Positions 16,555-28,946 of a stretch of 64,000 bases of DNA are shown here, piece by piece. The position numbers and the translations under genes are program-made. Origin of the DNA: Acetomicrobium hydrogeniformans. Lineage in GTDB: Bacteria > Synergistota > Synergistia > Synergistales > JAFGMB01. The stretch is taken from NCBI GenBank assembly GCA_016841745.1, contig JAENYO010000001.1, forward strand, positions 601,463 to 665,462, in the 5' to 3' direction. Position 1 is the stretch's first letter; the number at the start of each line of letters is the position of its first letter. Below the pieces are notes generated by a model. The model saw only the letters and a program-made list of their open reading frames with translations, was not told where the DNA came from and ran no database searches.

Positions 16555-19482
16555 ATGCAGATCTTTACTTATCGCAGGATCTCGGAATTGTCTGAAGAGC
16601 TAAACCATCAAGCCTGGACAGACCGGGGTACAACCTCTGAAAAGATTTTCGTGGTTCCTACAAGAGCAGACATGGAACTATTGAAGGAGATAATACTCGA
16701 AAAGGGAGGAATAGGTATCCCCTTCCCCCATATATGGCGTTGGGGAGATCTTTTCAGGGAAATCCAGAATGACGTTCCATCTACTCCCTACCACCGAAGA
16801 CAGATAGATCCCCCAGACCACTGGCTCATCATTCAGCACATCCTGGAGGAGATGCTGAATGATGAGGATTTTTCGTGCCATCTTCCAGGAATAAAGCAGA
16901 AGGGTTTTGCCTCACGACTGGGAGACTCTCTCCGCGACCTTATGCGGGAAGAAATTGAACCGGCCAGCCTTTCAGAAGTCATGAGATGTTCCAGGTGTAG
17001 CGGAAAGGGTAAATGCGGACACGATAAAGAACCGGAAGGGATCCTCTGCAAAGCTTATCATCTCTATTTCAACTATCTGAAAGGATATGGACTCTGTGAT
17101 AGTGCCCAGATAGCCACCCTGACAAGGAAGATCATAGATAAAAGCCCTGAAGGGGCTGAATGGATCAAAAAGAGATCATTCCTCTTGACAGGATTCCTGA
17201 GTTTCAACCACAGTCAGCTAAAACTTGTAAGGGCTCTTTCTCAAAAGGCCGGAGAACTTGTCATCTTCACACCCCAGACAGGAGTAAAAAAAGCCTACAC
17301 TGTGTTGAGCCAGTTCGAGGGAGAAAAAACAGTAAACATCAGCGATAATTCTCCCCTGGACGTTATTCCCATTCAGGGCGGAGACAGACGGCTGGAAATT
17401 GAGACAATTGCACGGGAACTGGTTCTATGGAGCAATTCCACAGGTGAACTCCAGGACAACAGCGGAACTTCCTTTCCCGGATGGGGATATATTTCCATGA
17501 CCTGCCCTCCCGACTACATCCGCCAGGTTGAGGAGGTTTTCGGGAGATATGAACTTCCGTTTATATTGCGGGAGGGACTGACTGTTTCCCAGACCCCTCT
17601 CTGGGAGCTCGCAGGAAGGGTCTGGGACTCTTTTCAGAATGACTGGCCCTCCAGTAAAACAGCAAGACTTCTTCAGGAACCCTTTTTCTGTGGAGACTAT
17701 TTCCCGGTTGAAAGATTTGAGGCAGTCACTCCATCTGGAGAGGATGAATGGTGCAATTTCATTTCCTCCCTGGATAATCCCGGATTTACAGTTTCTTTCG
17801 GGGCCTTTAAGGCTTTCAGCAAGGCCCTTTGTGAAGGGGGAACTGCAGCAGAAATGCTGAAGGCATTAAGGGATCTCTTCGTTGATACGGGAGCGGAAAT
17901 GAAGATCTCTTCCTACGTTATGAAAATGGAAGAACTTGATGAAACCTGTAGAAGAATGAACGCTGCTATCAGGGAAACTGAGGAAAAACTGGTTTCCATA
18001 AGTGAACTTGTTGAAAATATAGGTCCTGCAGGAAAAGATAAACTTAAGGGTAACAAGGCCTTCGAATTCCTCCGTAGATGGGCTGAAACATCCACAATCT
18101 GGAATGCCCCTTCGAGAGGTGATTCCATAGAAGTATATCCCGGGACTCCTCCAGTCCTCGCGAGAAACCGGTTGTGGATATTTGCCGGTGTTTCTTCAGG
18201 AAACTGGCCTGGAATTCTAAGGGAAACCGATCTTCTTCCCGATTCGAGAAAAGAGACTCTTCATTCCGGCCTGGACCTTGGAGAAGGCCATCTACCCCTT
18301 GTTCCTGAACTGAGAAGGCAGAAAGAGTACCTTTTCCGAAGAATCATTGCTTGCGGAGAAGATCTCAGTCTTCTTTCATGGCCTGGAACTGATAATTCAG
18401 GAAGACCTCTCTCAGCTTCACCATTTCTGGAAAGATCTCTTGAAAAAGGGAATAGCGTCTGGGCTTCAAATACAGCCGGAAATGGGAAACTTATAACCAG
18501 AGGTCTGAACCGTATTCTCCCTCTTGATACCGAAGTACGTGTAATGGGAGTTGAAGTTGGAGAACTGGAACATTCTCCTTCCTCCATGAAGGGACGTATC
18601 CTTCCCCTACCAAGGATGGAACCTGAAGAAAAAGCTTTGATAGTATCCATCAGTTCCATTGATGACTGGATAGCCTGTCCTTTCCTCTATTACTGCAGAC
18701 ACATATTAAAAATGGAAGAAAAGATCCGCACCGGTTTTGACAGAATGAAATCAGGGATAGCCCTCCATAAGATCTGGGAAGTCACCTGGAGAAAATACCT
18801 GGATGAGGGCGGATCACTTCAATATACTTCCAGAATTTTCCTGGAAGGATCATTGAAGGAATGTTATCCGGAACTTCTCTCTGCCCCCTCCCTGAAAAGG
18901 CATCTGAAAAGATTCGAAACAGATCTTTCCAAGGGTGGAGATCTTCAGGACCAGATGGAAGGGAGGTCAATCCGAAGAAAGAATTCACCTCCTATCCTGG
19001 AAGGGAAGCTGCCCGACCTCGAGATAGAAGGAATAATCTTCAGAGGACGTTTTGACCGCCTGGACATCCTTAATGGAGGCAGTGCTGTGGTCATAGACTA
19101 CAAAAGCGGTAACAGTTCCCGATTCAGAAACAGCATGCAACTGGCAGCCTACTGTCTGCTCCTCAAAAAAGCTTCTCATACCATGAATAATCCTTTTGAA
19201 GAAATATGCGGTTACGGCTATCTCTGTCATTCCGACGGAAGGATAACAGGATCCTCCTGCGATGGAGTTACAGCTGAATACCTGGGCCTTCCGAAGAAAG
19301 CCATCTCCCTGGACGAAAAACTGGAGAAAGCCGAATATCATCTTACTGAAATGGCAGAAAGCATCCGGAGGGGGGAATTCGTTCCCGATTATTACTCTGA
19401 ATCCTGCAGGTACTGCCCCTATTCAGGAATATGCAGAAGACAGGAAAATCCGGAAGGAGAAATCCAGGATGATAGGGACTGA
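16555..19482 (+). CDS. AddB-like helicase-nuclease subunit (PD-(D/E)XK nuclease with Fe-S cysteines; no Walker A seen)
   Basis: C-terminal RecB-type nuclease context (FRGRFDRLD...VVIDYKSG). Cys pattern CPFLYYC ... CRYCPYSGIC (C...CxxCx5C) as in AddB iron-staple domains. I could not see a GxxGxGK(T/S) motif at the N-terminus. The gene overlaps the downstream addA-like gene by 14 nt. Confidence 0.8.
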   Translation: MQIFTYRRISELSEELNHQAWTDRGTTSEKIFVVPTRADMELLKEIILEKGGIGIPFPHIWRWGDLFREIQNDVPSTPYHRRQIDPPDHWLIIQHILEEMLNDEDFSCHLPGIKQKGFASRLGDSLRDLMREEIEPASLSEVMRCSRCSGKGKCGHDKEPEGILCKAYHLYFNYLKGYGLCDSAQIATLTRKIIDKSPEGAEWIKKRSFLLTGFLSFNHSQLKLVRALSQKAGELVIFTPQTGVKKAYTVLSQFEGEKTVNISDNSPLDVIPIQGGDRRLEIETIARELVLWSNSTGELQDNSGTSFPGWGYISMTCPPDYIRQVEEVFGRYELPFILREGLTVSQTPLWELAGRVWDSFQNDWPSSKTARLLQEPFFCGDYFPVERFEAVTPSGEDEWCNFISSLDNPGFTVSFGAFKAFSKALCEGGTAAEMLKALRDLFVDTGAEMKISSYVMKMEELDETCRRMNAAIRETEEKLVSISELVENIGPAGKDKLKGNKAFEFLRRWAETSTIWNAPSRGDSIEVYPGTPPVLARNRLWIFAGVSSGNWPGILRETDLLPDSRKETLHSGLDLGEGHLPLVPELRRQKEYLFRRIIACGEDLSLLSWPGTDNSGRPLSASPFLERSLEKGNSVWASNTAGNGKLITRGLNRILPLDTEVRVMGVEVGELEHSPSSMKGRILPLPRMEPEEKALIVSISSIDDWIACPFLYYCRHILKMEEKIRTGFDRMKSGIALHKIWEVTWRKYLDEGGSLQYTSRIFLEGSLKECYPELLSAPSLKRHLKRFETDLSKGGDLQDQMEGRSIRRKNSPPILEGKLPDLEIEGIIFRGRFDRLDILNGGSAVVIDYKSGNSSRFRNSMQLAAYCLLLKKASHTMNNPFEEICGYGYLCHSDGRITGSSCDGVTAEYLGLPKKAISLDEKLEKAEYHLTEMAESIRRGEFVPDYYSESCRYCPYSGICRRQENPEGEIQDDRD

Positions 19483-22400
19483 CAGGAAAGAAACAATTAC
19501 AGGCATAGAGGAACTCACAGTCCTTCTGGAAAAGACCACCCTTCCTGGACAAAGGGAAGCAATTATGGCTGAAGAGCCCCTGGTGGTAGTAAGCGCGGGG
19601 GCGGGAACAGGGAAAACCTGGACCCTGGCCTGGCGTTTTGTATGGGCAATCGCCACAGGAAAAGCAAAGGTAAAGGAGATATTGACCCTTACTTTTACCG
19701 AAAAAGCCGCTCTGGAAATGAAGGATAGGATAAGGGATCTACTCAGGAAGGTGGCCTGTATAGTGCCATCACTGTCCCCTCTCCTTGAAGAAGCCCGGGA
19801 AGAGATGGACGAAGCCTTTATTTCCACCCTTCATTCCTTTTCCATGAGAGTGATAAGGGAAGGGGGACTGTCCCTCGAGCTGGACCCTGAATCAAGACCA
19901 GTGGGTACTCCTGAGGAGGAAGACCTCTGGCGGGAAGTAGAAAAACGACTGGACTGCCTGGATAATCGCTGGTTCAAAAAAAGAGTCAGAGGAAGCTGGA
20001 AATCCAGAGAGGAACAGATATTCGGTAAACCCTTTCTGACAGACCTGGTAAACAGCTATGGAGCAAGGGGTATCACCGACCTGGCAAGGGAGATATTATC
20101 CCTATGGGCAAGTAGAGGACAAAACCCTGAGGACCTCTGGTCTTTCTCCAAAGATCTGAAAAAGAGGGACCAGGAAGCCCTGGCCAGCGTCAGGGAGATA
20201 TACGCGACTGCCTTTGAAGAAGAATGGCAACGATGGTCAGGTTCGGAGGGAATAATTCCTGGACTGCCCATACTCCTTGAAAGCAAGACTAAACTGGCTG
20301 AGAAACTCAGGGGTGTTCACTTAAAATGGGGAAAGGGAAAACCTCAAAGGGAAGATCTGCCTCTGTTTTTCCTTAATCTCATGGAAGCTCTGAAGGGCGC
20401 TTCCGGAAAAGCGGCAGCGGAAATAGCAGAGGAGCTGAAATGCTCCGTATCAGAGTTCCGGAATCAACACTCCGAATATATCAGATTATGTGGAGTCCTG
20501 GTTCAGGGCATGGACGAAAGAGACAGGCAGACCAGAGAAGCCCTGCTGGAGGTTTCTTCACTTTTATGGCAGATCTGGGAAGAACACAAGATAAGGAAGA
20601 GTCTGATCTCCTTCGATGATATGATCTCCAGATCCATTGAGGCCCTTGAGGTTGGAAGTATGGCAAAAAGGTTCCGGGAAGTCCTTGTTGACGAATTTCA
20701 GGATACCAACAGACTTCAGGAGATTCTTCTCAGGACCATTTGGGAAAGGGGATCTCCTGCTATGTTCCTGGTGGGCGACCTGAAACAGTCCATCTACCGG
20801 TTCCGGCATGCCGAACCTTCCATTTTCCTGAAATATATACAGGAAGCTAGACAGGGAAAGGGCAAATACGTAAACCTTGATGTCAGTTTCCGTAGCAGCG
20901 GGAAAGTTCTGGAGGGTATAAACTCTATCTTCGGGGAAATATGGAAAAAGGGTCTGGGAAGGGACCTTCTCCATCCTTATGAGCATCTGAAAAGCCCTGT
21001 GACCATGAATTGGCACAGCATAAGACAGGAAATCCAGACTCCTCCTCTGAAGGTCCTTGTTGAATTCTATATAGCAGGGGAAGAAAAAACATCTGCAGAA
21101 GAGAAGAGACTTGATCTTGCCAGGAGGCTGGGTCAGGAATTACTGCAACTCAGGAAAAAGGGCTCCCTTATCTGGGATAAAAAAGAAGAAGGATTGAGAC
21201 CTCTCCAGTGGAGGGATATGGCTATACTTGTGCCGACGAGAAACCAGTACAGTGCCATTGAAAAGGCCTTCATCGAAGACCTGTCCATTCCCTGCTATTT
21301 TGAGAGTAACCTGGGATATTATTCCCGAAGTGAAGTTCAGGACCTCCTTTCCCTGGTCGATTATCTGGCAGACAAAAGGGACCAGACAGCCCTTGCATCC
21401 TTTCTTTCCTCACCCTTTTCAGGTATCTCGCTGGAGAAGGCAGGAGAGCTTCTTAAAGAGAAAAGAGATACTGGAAAAACCCTTGCTGAGACCCTGCTGC
21501 ACATAGATTCTTCCCTTTTCCATGAGCTGGAAAGATGGAGACGGATAGCCACACTGGAAGGAGTTTCAAGGGTATTCTCCCTTATACTTTCTAGAGCTGA
21601 TGCGCTTAAGGCTTTCCCCGCGTGGAAAAGGAAGAAAGCAGCTGCGAACCTTCGCAAGGCCGTAGATATCAGCAGGGAATACGAAAGTGCTATGGGAAAG
21701 GATCTGAGAGGCTGTTCCGAGTACCTTCGCGGATCCATGGGAAGAGGTATAGCCATGGAAGATGCCGATTTCACAGGGGAACAGGATGACGTTGTCAGGA
21801 TAATGACAGTGCATGCTTCGAAGGGGCTCGAATTCCCCGTTCTGGCAATAATGGGAATGGAGTATTTCCCTGGAAAAAGGAGTCACGGAACCAGTCTTGA
21901 TCCATCGGGAATCCTTGGCGTTACTCCTTCCAGATACCCCGATGGGATAGCATTTGATAAAAAGGATATCCCGTCTTCCCCTGTACTCGCGGCAATGATG
22001 GAAAAACAGGAGCAGCTGGAAGAATGGCAGCGGCTGTTCTACGTCGCAGCCACAAGGGCAAGGGATTCTCTGTTCCTTTGCGCAACTCTGGAAGCAAAGG
22101 ACGGAGAAAATCCAGAGACCAAAGATGGTACATGGCTGTCAATGGTAAGGGAAAAGATTTTTCCGGATCTTCCACTTGCCACAGACAGGGTAAAAACAGC
22201 GAAAAAACAAAACATGAAAGTTCATGAACAGAAAGAAAGACTCTCTGTGCAAGGACCGGTAAAGGGGAATGAATATCTGGCCAGGTTAAGTGCCACATCA
22301 TACGGTCTCTTTAAATTCTGCCCCCTGGCCTGGAGGATGAGACACCGTCAGGGAAGAGAACTCAAATGGGAACTCCCTGGAGAAGAGGGGCCGGGAGGGT

Positions 22401-23050
22401 CGGACCTGGGAAACCTTGCCCATTGGATACTCCAGAAATGGGACCTGTCAGAAGAGGGTTTGGAAAACTACCTGCCTTTGACAGGAATGGAATACAACGT
22501 TAAGAATACCGGGATACCTCTCTATATTCTGCCGGAATGGAAAAAGCCGGACAGCAGGGAGATACTTCGAAAATGGCTCAGGGACTTTTCAATATCTGAA
22601 ACAGGAAGAACTGTAAAAGACCTCCTCTGCCGGGGGGTGCTACACCGGGAACTGCCTTTTAGGATCAGAATGGACAATGGTCCCCTTCTCACCGGTGCCA
22701 TGGACCTCCGGTGGGAAAAGGACGGGATAATTCATATCAGGGATTACAAGATAACTGCCCTGGAAAGGGCGCCAGAGGAACTTTATACCAGTCAACTGCT
22801 CTTCTACGGCTGGACAGCCTATCACGCTTTCAGGGACAGGGACCTGCCCGTTGACCTGAGACTCATTCACCTCCGGGAAGGAATCGAAACTGAAAGGATC
22901 GCCATGCCCGGAGGGGGCATGGAAGAAATTGAGGAAGATATCCGACGAAGCGCACAAAAAGCTGCAAATGGTCCTTTTGAACCTGAGCTGGACAAATGCA
23001 ACTCCTGTCCCTTCAGAAATAAATGCCCCATCCATGGGGACACAAGGTAA
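19469..23050 (+). CDS. AddA-like UvrD/Rep-family helicase with C-terminal PD-(D/E)XK nuclease
   Basis: Walker A SAGAGTGKTWTL, motif II VDEFQDTN, and TVHASKGLEFP. The C-terminal nuclease has IHIRDYKIT and the Cys pattern FCPLAW...CNSCPFRNKC. I chose the start ATG at 19469 (AAGGAG 9 nt upstream) rather than the track start at 19262, which lies inside the addB-like gene. Confidence 0.85.
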   Translation: MIGTDRKETITGIEELTVLLEKTTLPGQREAIMAEEPLVVVSAGAGTGKTWTLAWRFVWAIATGKAKVKEILTLTFTEKAALEMKDRIRDLLRKVACIVPSLSPLLEEAREEMDEAFISTLHSFSMRVIREGGLSLELDPESRPVGTPEEEDLWREVEKRLDCLDNRWFKKRVRGSWKSREEQIFGKPFLTDLVNSYGARGITDLAREILSLWASRGQNPEDLWSFSKDLKKRDQEALASVREIYATAFEEEWQRWSGSEGIIPGLPILLESKTKLAEKLRGVHLKWGKGKPQREDLPLFFLNLMEALKGASGKAAAEIAEELKCSVSEFRNQHSEYIRLCGVLVQGMDERDRQTREALLEVSSLLWQIWEEHKIRKSLISFDDMISRSIEALEVGSMAKRFREVLVDEFQDTNRLQEILLRTIWERGSPAMFLVGDLKQSIYRFRHAEPSIFLKYIQEARQGKGKYVNLDVSFRSSGKVLEGINSIFGEIWKKGLGRDLLHPYEHLKSPVTMNWHSIRQEIQTPPLKVLVEFYIAGEEKTSAEEKRLDLARRLGQELLQLRKKGSLIWDKKEEGLRPLQWRDMAILVPTRNQYSAIEKAFIEDLSIPCYFESNLGYYSRSEVQDLLSLVDYLADKRDQTALASFLSSPFSGISLEKAGELLKEKRDTGKTLAETLLHIDSSLFHELERWRRIATLEGVSRVFSLILSRADALKAFPAWKRKKAAANLRKAVDISREYESAMGKDLRGCSEYLRGSMGRGIAMEDADFTGEQDDVVRIMTVHASKGLEFPVLAIMGMEYFPGKRSHGTSLDPSGILGVTPSRYPDGIAFDKKDIPSSPVLAAMMEKQEQLEEWQRLFYVAATRARDSLFLCATLEAKDGENPETKDGTWLSMVREKIFPDLPLATDRVKTAKKQNMKVHEQKERLSVQGPVKGNEYLARLSATSYGLFKFCPLAWRMRHRQGRELKWELPGEEGPGGSDLGNLAHWILQKWDLSEEGLENYLPLTGMEYNVKNTGIPLYILPEWKKPDSREILRKWLRDFSISETGRTVKDLLCRGVLHRELPFRIRMDNGPLLTGAMDLRWEKDGIIHIRDYKITALERAPEELYTSQLLFYGWTAYHAFRDRDLPVDLRLIHLREGIETERIAMPGGGMEEIEEDIRRSAQKAANGPFEPELDKCNSCPFRNKCPIHGDTR

Positions 23051-23145
23051 GAGTAATTTTATTTTATTATGTACTGCTTTAATGTAAAATAAGAACATAG
23101 ATATAGATCGTTATTTCCATGCTGATCTTTAAAGGAGGGTTTAAA

Positions 23146-23568
23146 ATGTTCGATCTCCAAGAAATACTCAAACCGGGGGAATCTTATGAGGTCAACAAGG
23201 TTATTGAAATGGACGATACAGTAGGTAATCAGTCTGTCTATCTTAACCAGCTTCTTTCCACTTCGGCATGCGTAGAGACCTTTGTCAAAGCATCAACAAA
23301 GGTCACGGACAAATATCTTCCCGAGGGTTTTATTACCATAGGCCGCTCCCTCACCATAACCCATGATGAGCCGAGCCTTCTTGGCACAAGCATTACCTTC
23401 AGAGTTGTTCTGCGATCAATAGAAGGTAACAAGGTGATCTTTGACATATCTGCCAGGGACTCCCTCGGAGAAATCCTTTCGGGAACCTTCGAGAGGGCCG
23501 TGGTAAACAGGATAGCACTGATGGACAAAGCGACAGAAAGGGCAGAAAAACTGCGGGATATGAAATGA
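23146..23568 (+). CDS. hot-dog fold thioesterase-family protein (FlK-like)
   Basis: The pattern LLSTSACVETFVKAS...TIGRSLTITHDEPS..G..ITFRVVL..IEGNKVIFDISARD..GEILSGTFERAVVN matches the FlK-type thioesterase layout as I remember it. AAAGGAGGG SD lies 8 nt upstream of the ATG at 23146. Confidence 0.6.
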   Translation: MFDLQEILKPGESYEVNKVIEMDDTVGNQSVYLNQLLSTSACVETFVKASTKVTDKYLPEGFITIGRSLTITHDEPSLLGTSITFRVVLRSIEGNKVIFDISARDSLGEILSGTFERAVVNRIALMDKATERAEKLRDMK

Positions 23569-24197
23569 ATGGATACACCGAACCTGACTTTATGTCCCTA
23601 TCCCTTATTACCATAGACGTGCAAAGGGATTTTATTTCCGAAAACTCACAGGACAGGGACGAAAAGGCTCACGTACTGCCTTCTATCTCAAAGGCCGTGA
23701 GGGCTTTCCGTATTCTCAATAAACCCGTTATACACATAGTCAGGATCTATAAAGAAGATGGGAGTAACGCAGACCTATGCAGGAGAGCAGCAATAGAAGG
23801 AGGCTCAGGTCTTTTACGCCCTGGATCAGAGGGGGTTCAGATAGCAGAAGAACTTCTGCCTTCATCTCAAACCATGCTTGATGAAAAAGTTCTTCTACGT
23901 GGAGGTATCCAGAAAATATCGCCATACGAATTCATCATTTACAAACCCCGTTTTGGAGCTTTTTACCAGACTCCCCTTTCTTCTCTTCTCAGGGAGATGA
24001 ATATTAATACACTTGCTTTCAGTGGTTTTAATTTTCCTAACTGTCCCAGGGCTTCCATCTATGAAGCCAGTGAGAGGGATTACAGGATCGTGGCCATAGA
24101 AGATGCCATATCCCATATCTACCCCCGGGGACATAAGGAACTGGAAAATATAGGTGTTGTATTTATGAAAGCAGAAAAACTGGTTCAGGCTCTATGA
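23565..24197 (+). CDS. isochorismatase-family cysteine hydrolase
   Basis: LITIDVQRDF (Asp), a conserved Lys region, and the catalytic Cys context FSGFNFPNCPRASI. There is a 4-nt ATGA overlap with the upstream gene. Confidence 0.85.
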   Translation: MNGYTEPDFMSLSLITIDVQRDFISENSQDRDEKAHVLPSISKAVRAFRILNKPVIHIVRIYKEDGSNADLCRRAAIEGGSGLLRPGSEGVQIAEELLPSSQTMLDEKVLLRGGIQKISPYEFIIYKPRFGAFYQTPLSSLLREMNINTLAFSGFNFPNCPRASIYEASERDYRIVAIEDAISHIYPRGHKELENIGVVFMKAEKLVQAL

Positions 24198-24267
24198 GAA
24201 ATTGACCAGGAACCAGATTCAACATAACAGAAATAGACAATATACTTTTTCAATGGAGGTTTTATCG

Positions 24268-25428
24268 ATGGCATTACTGAGTAATTTTGATTTTGAACTG
24301 CCCACAAAGATGGAATACGGGATCGGCGTTTCAGAAAAACTTGTCCATTATCTGAGAGAACTGGGAGCTGAAAGAATCCTTCTGGTTACGGACCCTGGGA
24401 TCGAAAAGAGTGGCATACTTGATCCCATAGAGAAACAGCTCAAGGAATCCGGGATATACTGGACAAGATTCTCCGAGGTGGAGCCTAATCCAAAGGACTA
24501 TAACGTTGAAAAGGGTGCATCTCTAGCTCGCGAAGACGGCTCTGACTGCATTCTTGCGGTGGGAGGAGGCAGTCCCATCGACTGCGCAAAAGCTATAAGC
24601 GTAGTAGCGGTCCAGGGAGAGAACTCCATATACTACCAGGACCGGTCCCGGATCGGGAAAGAAGTCCTACCCATAATTGCCATTCCCACAACTGCCGGAA
24701 CAGGGAGTGAGGTCACTTTCGGATCAGTGATAACGGACACAAAGGAACATTTTAAATTTACCATCAAAAGCCCACTTATCGGGCCTCGAGTAGCTCTTCT
24801 GGACCCTCGGCTAACTCTTTCAATGCCGAAAGCCCTCACAGCATCGACTGGAATGGATGCATTGACCCACGCTATTGAAGGTTATACAGCGAAAAATGCC
24901 GAACCTATCGGGGACGCAATTGCCCTTTACGCCATAGAACTGATCTCTAAATATCTGAAGAGAGCCTTTGACAACGGAGAGGATCTTGAAGCAAGGGCCG
25001 GAATGCTTCTCGGCAGCACCATGGCTGGTATTGCCTTCAGTCATTCAGATGTAGCTGCTGTTCACTGCATCGCTGAAGCCCTGGGAGCCAAATATGATTC
25101 CCCACACGGAGTCTGCAATGCAGTAGTTCTGGCACCTATGATGGAATACAATATGAACTACTGCCAAGAAAAATACGCAATGGTTGCCAAGGCTATGGGG
25201 ATAAGCTTTGGATCTGAAAAAGAAGGGGCTCTCAAGGCAGTGGAAGCAGTAAAGAAGCTGGCTGAGGACGTCGAACTACCTTCTTTCAGAAGCCTCGGCA
25301 TAAGAGAGGGAGATATGGAGGAACTGGCTGACAACTCTGCAAAGAACGGCAGCAATAAGGATAATCCCAGACCCATGAACAGGGAAGATTATTTATCCTT
25401 TATGAAAGATCTTTATAACCGGAAATAG
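24268..25428 (+). CDS. iron-containing (group III) alcohol dehydrogenase
   Basis: GGGSPIDCAKA, PTTAGTGSE, and His-rich metal-site contexts (DALTHAIE, SHSDVAAVHC, SPHGVCNA). GGAGG lies 8 nt upstream of the ATG at 24268; the track start at 24202 lacks an SD. Confidence 0.9.
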   Translation: MALLSNFDFELPTKMEYGIGVSEKLVHYLRELGAERILLVTDPGIEKSGILDPIEKQLKESGIYWTRFSEVEPNPKDYNVEKGASLAREDGSDCILAVGGGSPIDCAKAISVVAVQGENSIYYQDRSRIGKEVLPIIAIPTTAGTGSEVTFGSVITDTKEHFKFTIKSPLIGPRVALLDPRLTLSMPKALTASTGMDALTHAIEGYTAKNAEPIGDAIALYAIELISKYLKRAFDNGEDLEARAGMLLGSTMAGIAFSHSDVAAVHCIAEALGAKYDSPHGVCNAVVLAPMMEYNMNYCQEKYAMVAKAMGISFGSEKEGALKAVEAVKKLAEDVELPSFRSLGIREGDMEELADNSAKNGSNKDNPRPMNREDYLSFMKDLYNRK

Positions 25429-25432
25429 ATCT

Positions 25433-25484
25433 TTTATGGGAGGGGTTACCTTACGGAGGTTAAGGAAACCCCTCCCATAAATTT
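25433..25484. terminator. bidirectional terminator between the convergent adh and yitT-like genes
   Basis: Perfect 15-bp inverted repeat TTTATGGGAGGGGTT ... AACCCCTCCCATAAA, with an inner 5-bp helix CCTTA/TAAGG. The arms are A/T-rich in both directions. Confidence 0.75.
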
Positions 25485-25493
25485 CAGGAATCC

Positions 25494-26393
25494 TCAGAGA
25501 GATTTCCATGCCTTAAAACCCTTACCTAAAACCTCAGACGCATCACTGACGGACATGAAAGCATGGGGATCAAGATCTGAAAGGTAATTTTTCAGAAAAG
25601 CTGTCTGTTTTGGTGCCAGAAGAGCCATGAGGACAGCCCTTTGCTGGCCAGTATAGCCTCCCTTTCCTTCCAGAAGGGTCACTCCCCTGTTAAGTTCATT
25701 TATGATATAGCGGGAAACCTCCTGGGGCTTTCTTGTTATTATGAATACCTGGCGCCTTCTGTTAAAGGATCTCTGGGTATTATCCGTAACAATCCCCATT
25801 GTATAGACAGCCACCATTCCATAAATGACAGCTTCAAGGCCTACTATGAAAAAGGAAAGGGCTAGAATCGCAAAATTGATGTATATATTGAATTGCCCCA
25901 TCTCTATTCCAAATCTTTTCCGTAGAACCATACCTGGTATATCAGTCCCCCCGCCTGAAACACCGTAACTGAAAATAAGACCCGATCCTATTCCTTTCAT
26001 GACTCCCGCAATAACTGCAATCATGAATCGATCCTCCAGTGCCGGAACCGGTATGAACTCGAAGACCTTCAACAGAACGGTAAAGAGTACGACATTGTAT
26101 ATGGTCCAGATAGCAAATCTTGGAGACAGGGTTCTCCATCCCCACATGAGCAACAGGAAATTAGCACTTGCTATTATCCATATGGGAGAAATACCCCATA
26201 CATAGTTTGAAAGCACAGCTATACCTGTGACTCCAAGATCCGGAAACCTGTTCGGCATTATCAGCAGGACAACAGCCAGAGCCTGAAGGGACGTTCCAAG
26301 AGTTGCATTCAAAAAGACAGGGACCTCTCCCTTCAGGTACAAAAACAGTTTATATACTTTTCTCTTAATGGTAGATCTCCTGATGATTGACAT
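25494..26393 (-). CDS. YitT-family membrane protein (DUF2179 C-terminal domain)
   Basis: Multi-TM N-terminal region with GGGTDI-type context (SGGGTDIPG), then a C-terminal soluble domain (VTLLEGKGGYTG). GGGGTGG SD lies 5 nt upstream of the ATG at 26393. Confidence 0.85.
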   Translation of the reverse strand: MSIIRRSTIKRKVYKLFLYLKGEVPVFLNATLGTSLQALAVVLLIMPNRFPDLGVTGIAVLSNYVWGISPIWIIASANFLLLMWGWRTLSPRFAIWTIYNVVLFTVLLKVFEFIPVPALEDRFMIAVIAGVMKGIGSGLIFSYGVSGGGTDIPGMVLRKRFGIEMGQFNIYINFAILALSFFIVGLEAVIYGMVAVYTMGIVTDNTQRSFNRRRQVFIITRKPQEVSRYIINELNRGVTLLEGKGGYTGQQRAVLMALLAPKQTAFLKNYLSDLDPHAFMSVSDASEVLGKGFKAWKSL

Positions 26394-26510
26394 TTTTACC
26401 ACCCCTATGGGTAATTAATCAGGTTTGGATAAAAGAAAAAACCTGTGATAATCGAAAGTTTGGTATAATATATCGGTTGCAGTATTAAGAATTACCGGAG
26501 GTGAAAAGGC

Positions 26511-28621
<2,111 letters not shown>

Positions 28622-28673
28622 AGAAAATATATACTTCCTTCGCTATTCTCTTTATTTCCTAGCAATACACATA

Positions 28674-28710
28674 AGTTCCTGCCTTTCTGGAAAAGGGCAG
28701 GAACTTTTTT
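28674..28710 (+). terminator. rho-independent terminator of gyrB
   Basis: AGTTCCTGCC(TTT)-loop-(AAA)GGCAGGAACT followed by TTTTTT. It lies 52 nt after the gyrB stop. Confidence 0.85.
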
Positions 28711-28946
28711 ATCTTCATAAGAGATGGAACAGGAACATGAATATCCATTTAATCATATGAACTGCTTTAAATTAACAACCAACTAAAATCATTAATTTCT
28801 TTGGACTTCCTTTATGCAGTTTGATATACTTCAATTAGACATACTGTTACATGATGATTTAATATCGTTTTATCTGAATAAATATAAAAATATCTATTTC
28901 CCTTTGAATCTGTATTATTAATCTAAACCTCTTGGCAGGAGATATC

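Noticed and set aside
19262-19468. The 5' extension of the addA-like ORF (track start at 19262)
   Set aside because: It lies entirely inside the addB-like coding region in another frame. An AAGGAG-preceded ATG at 19469 gives an N-terminus that leads directly into the UvrD Walker A region.
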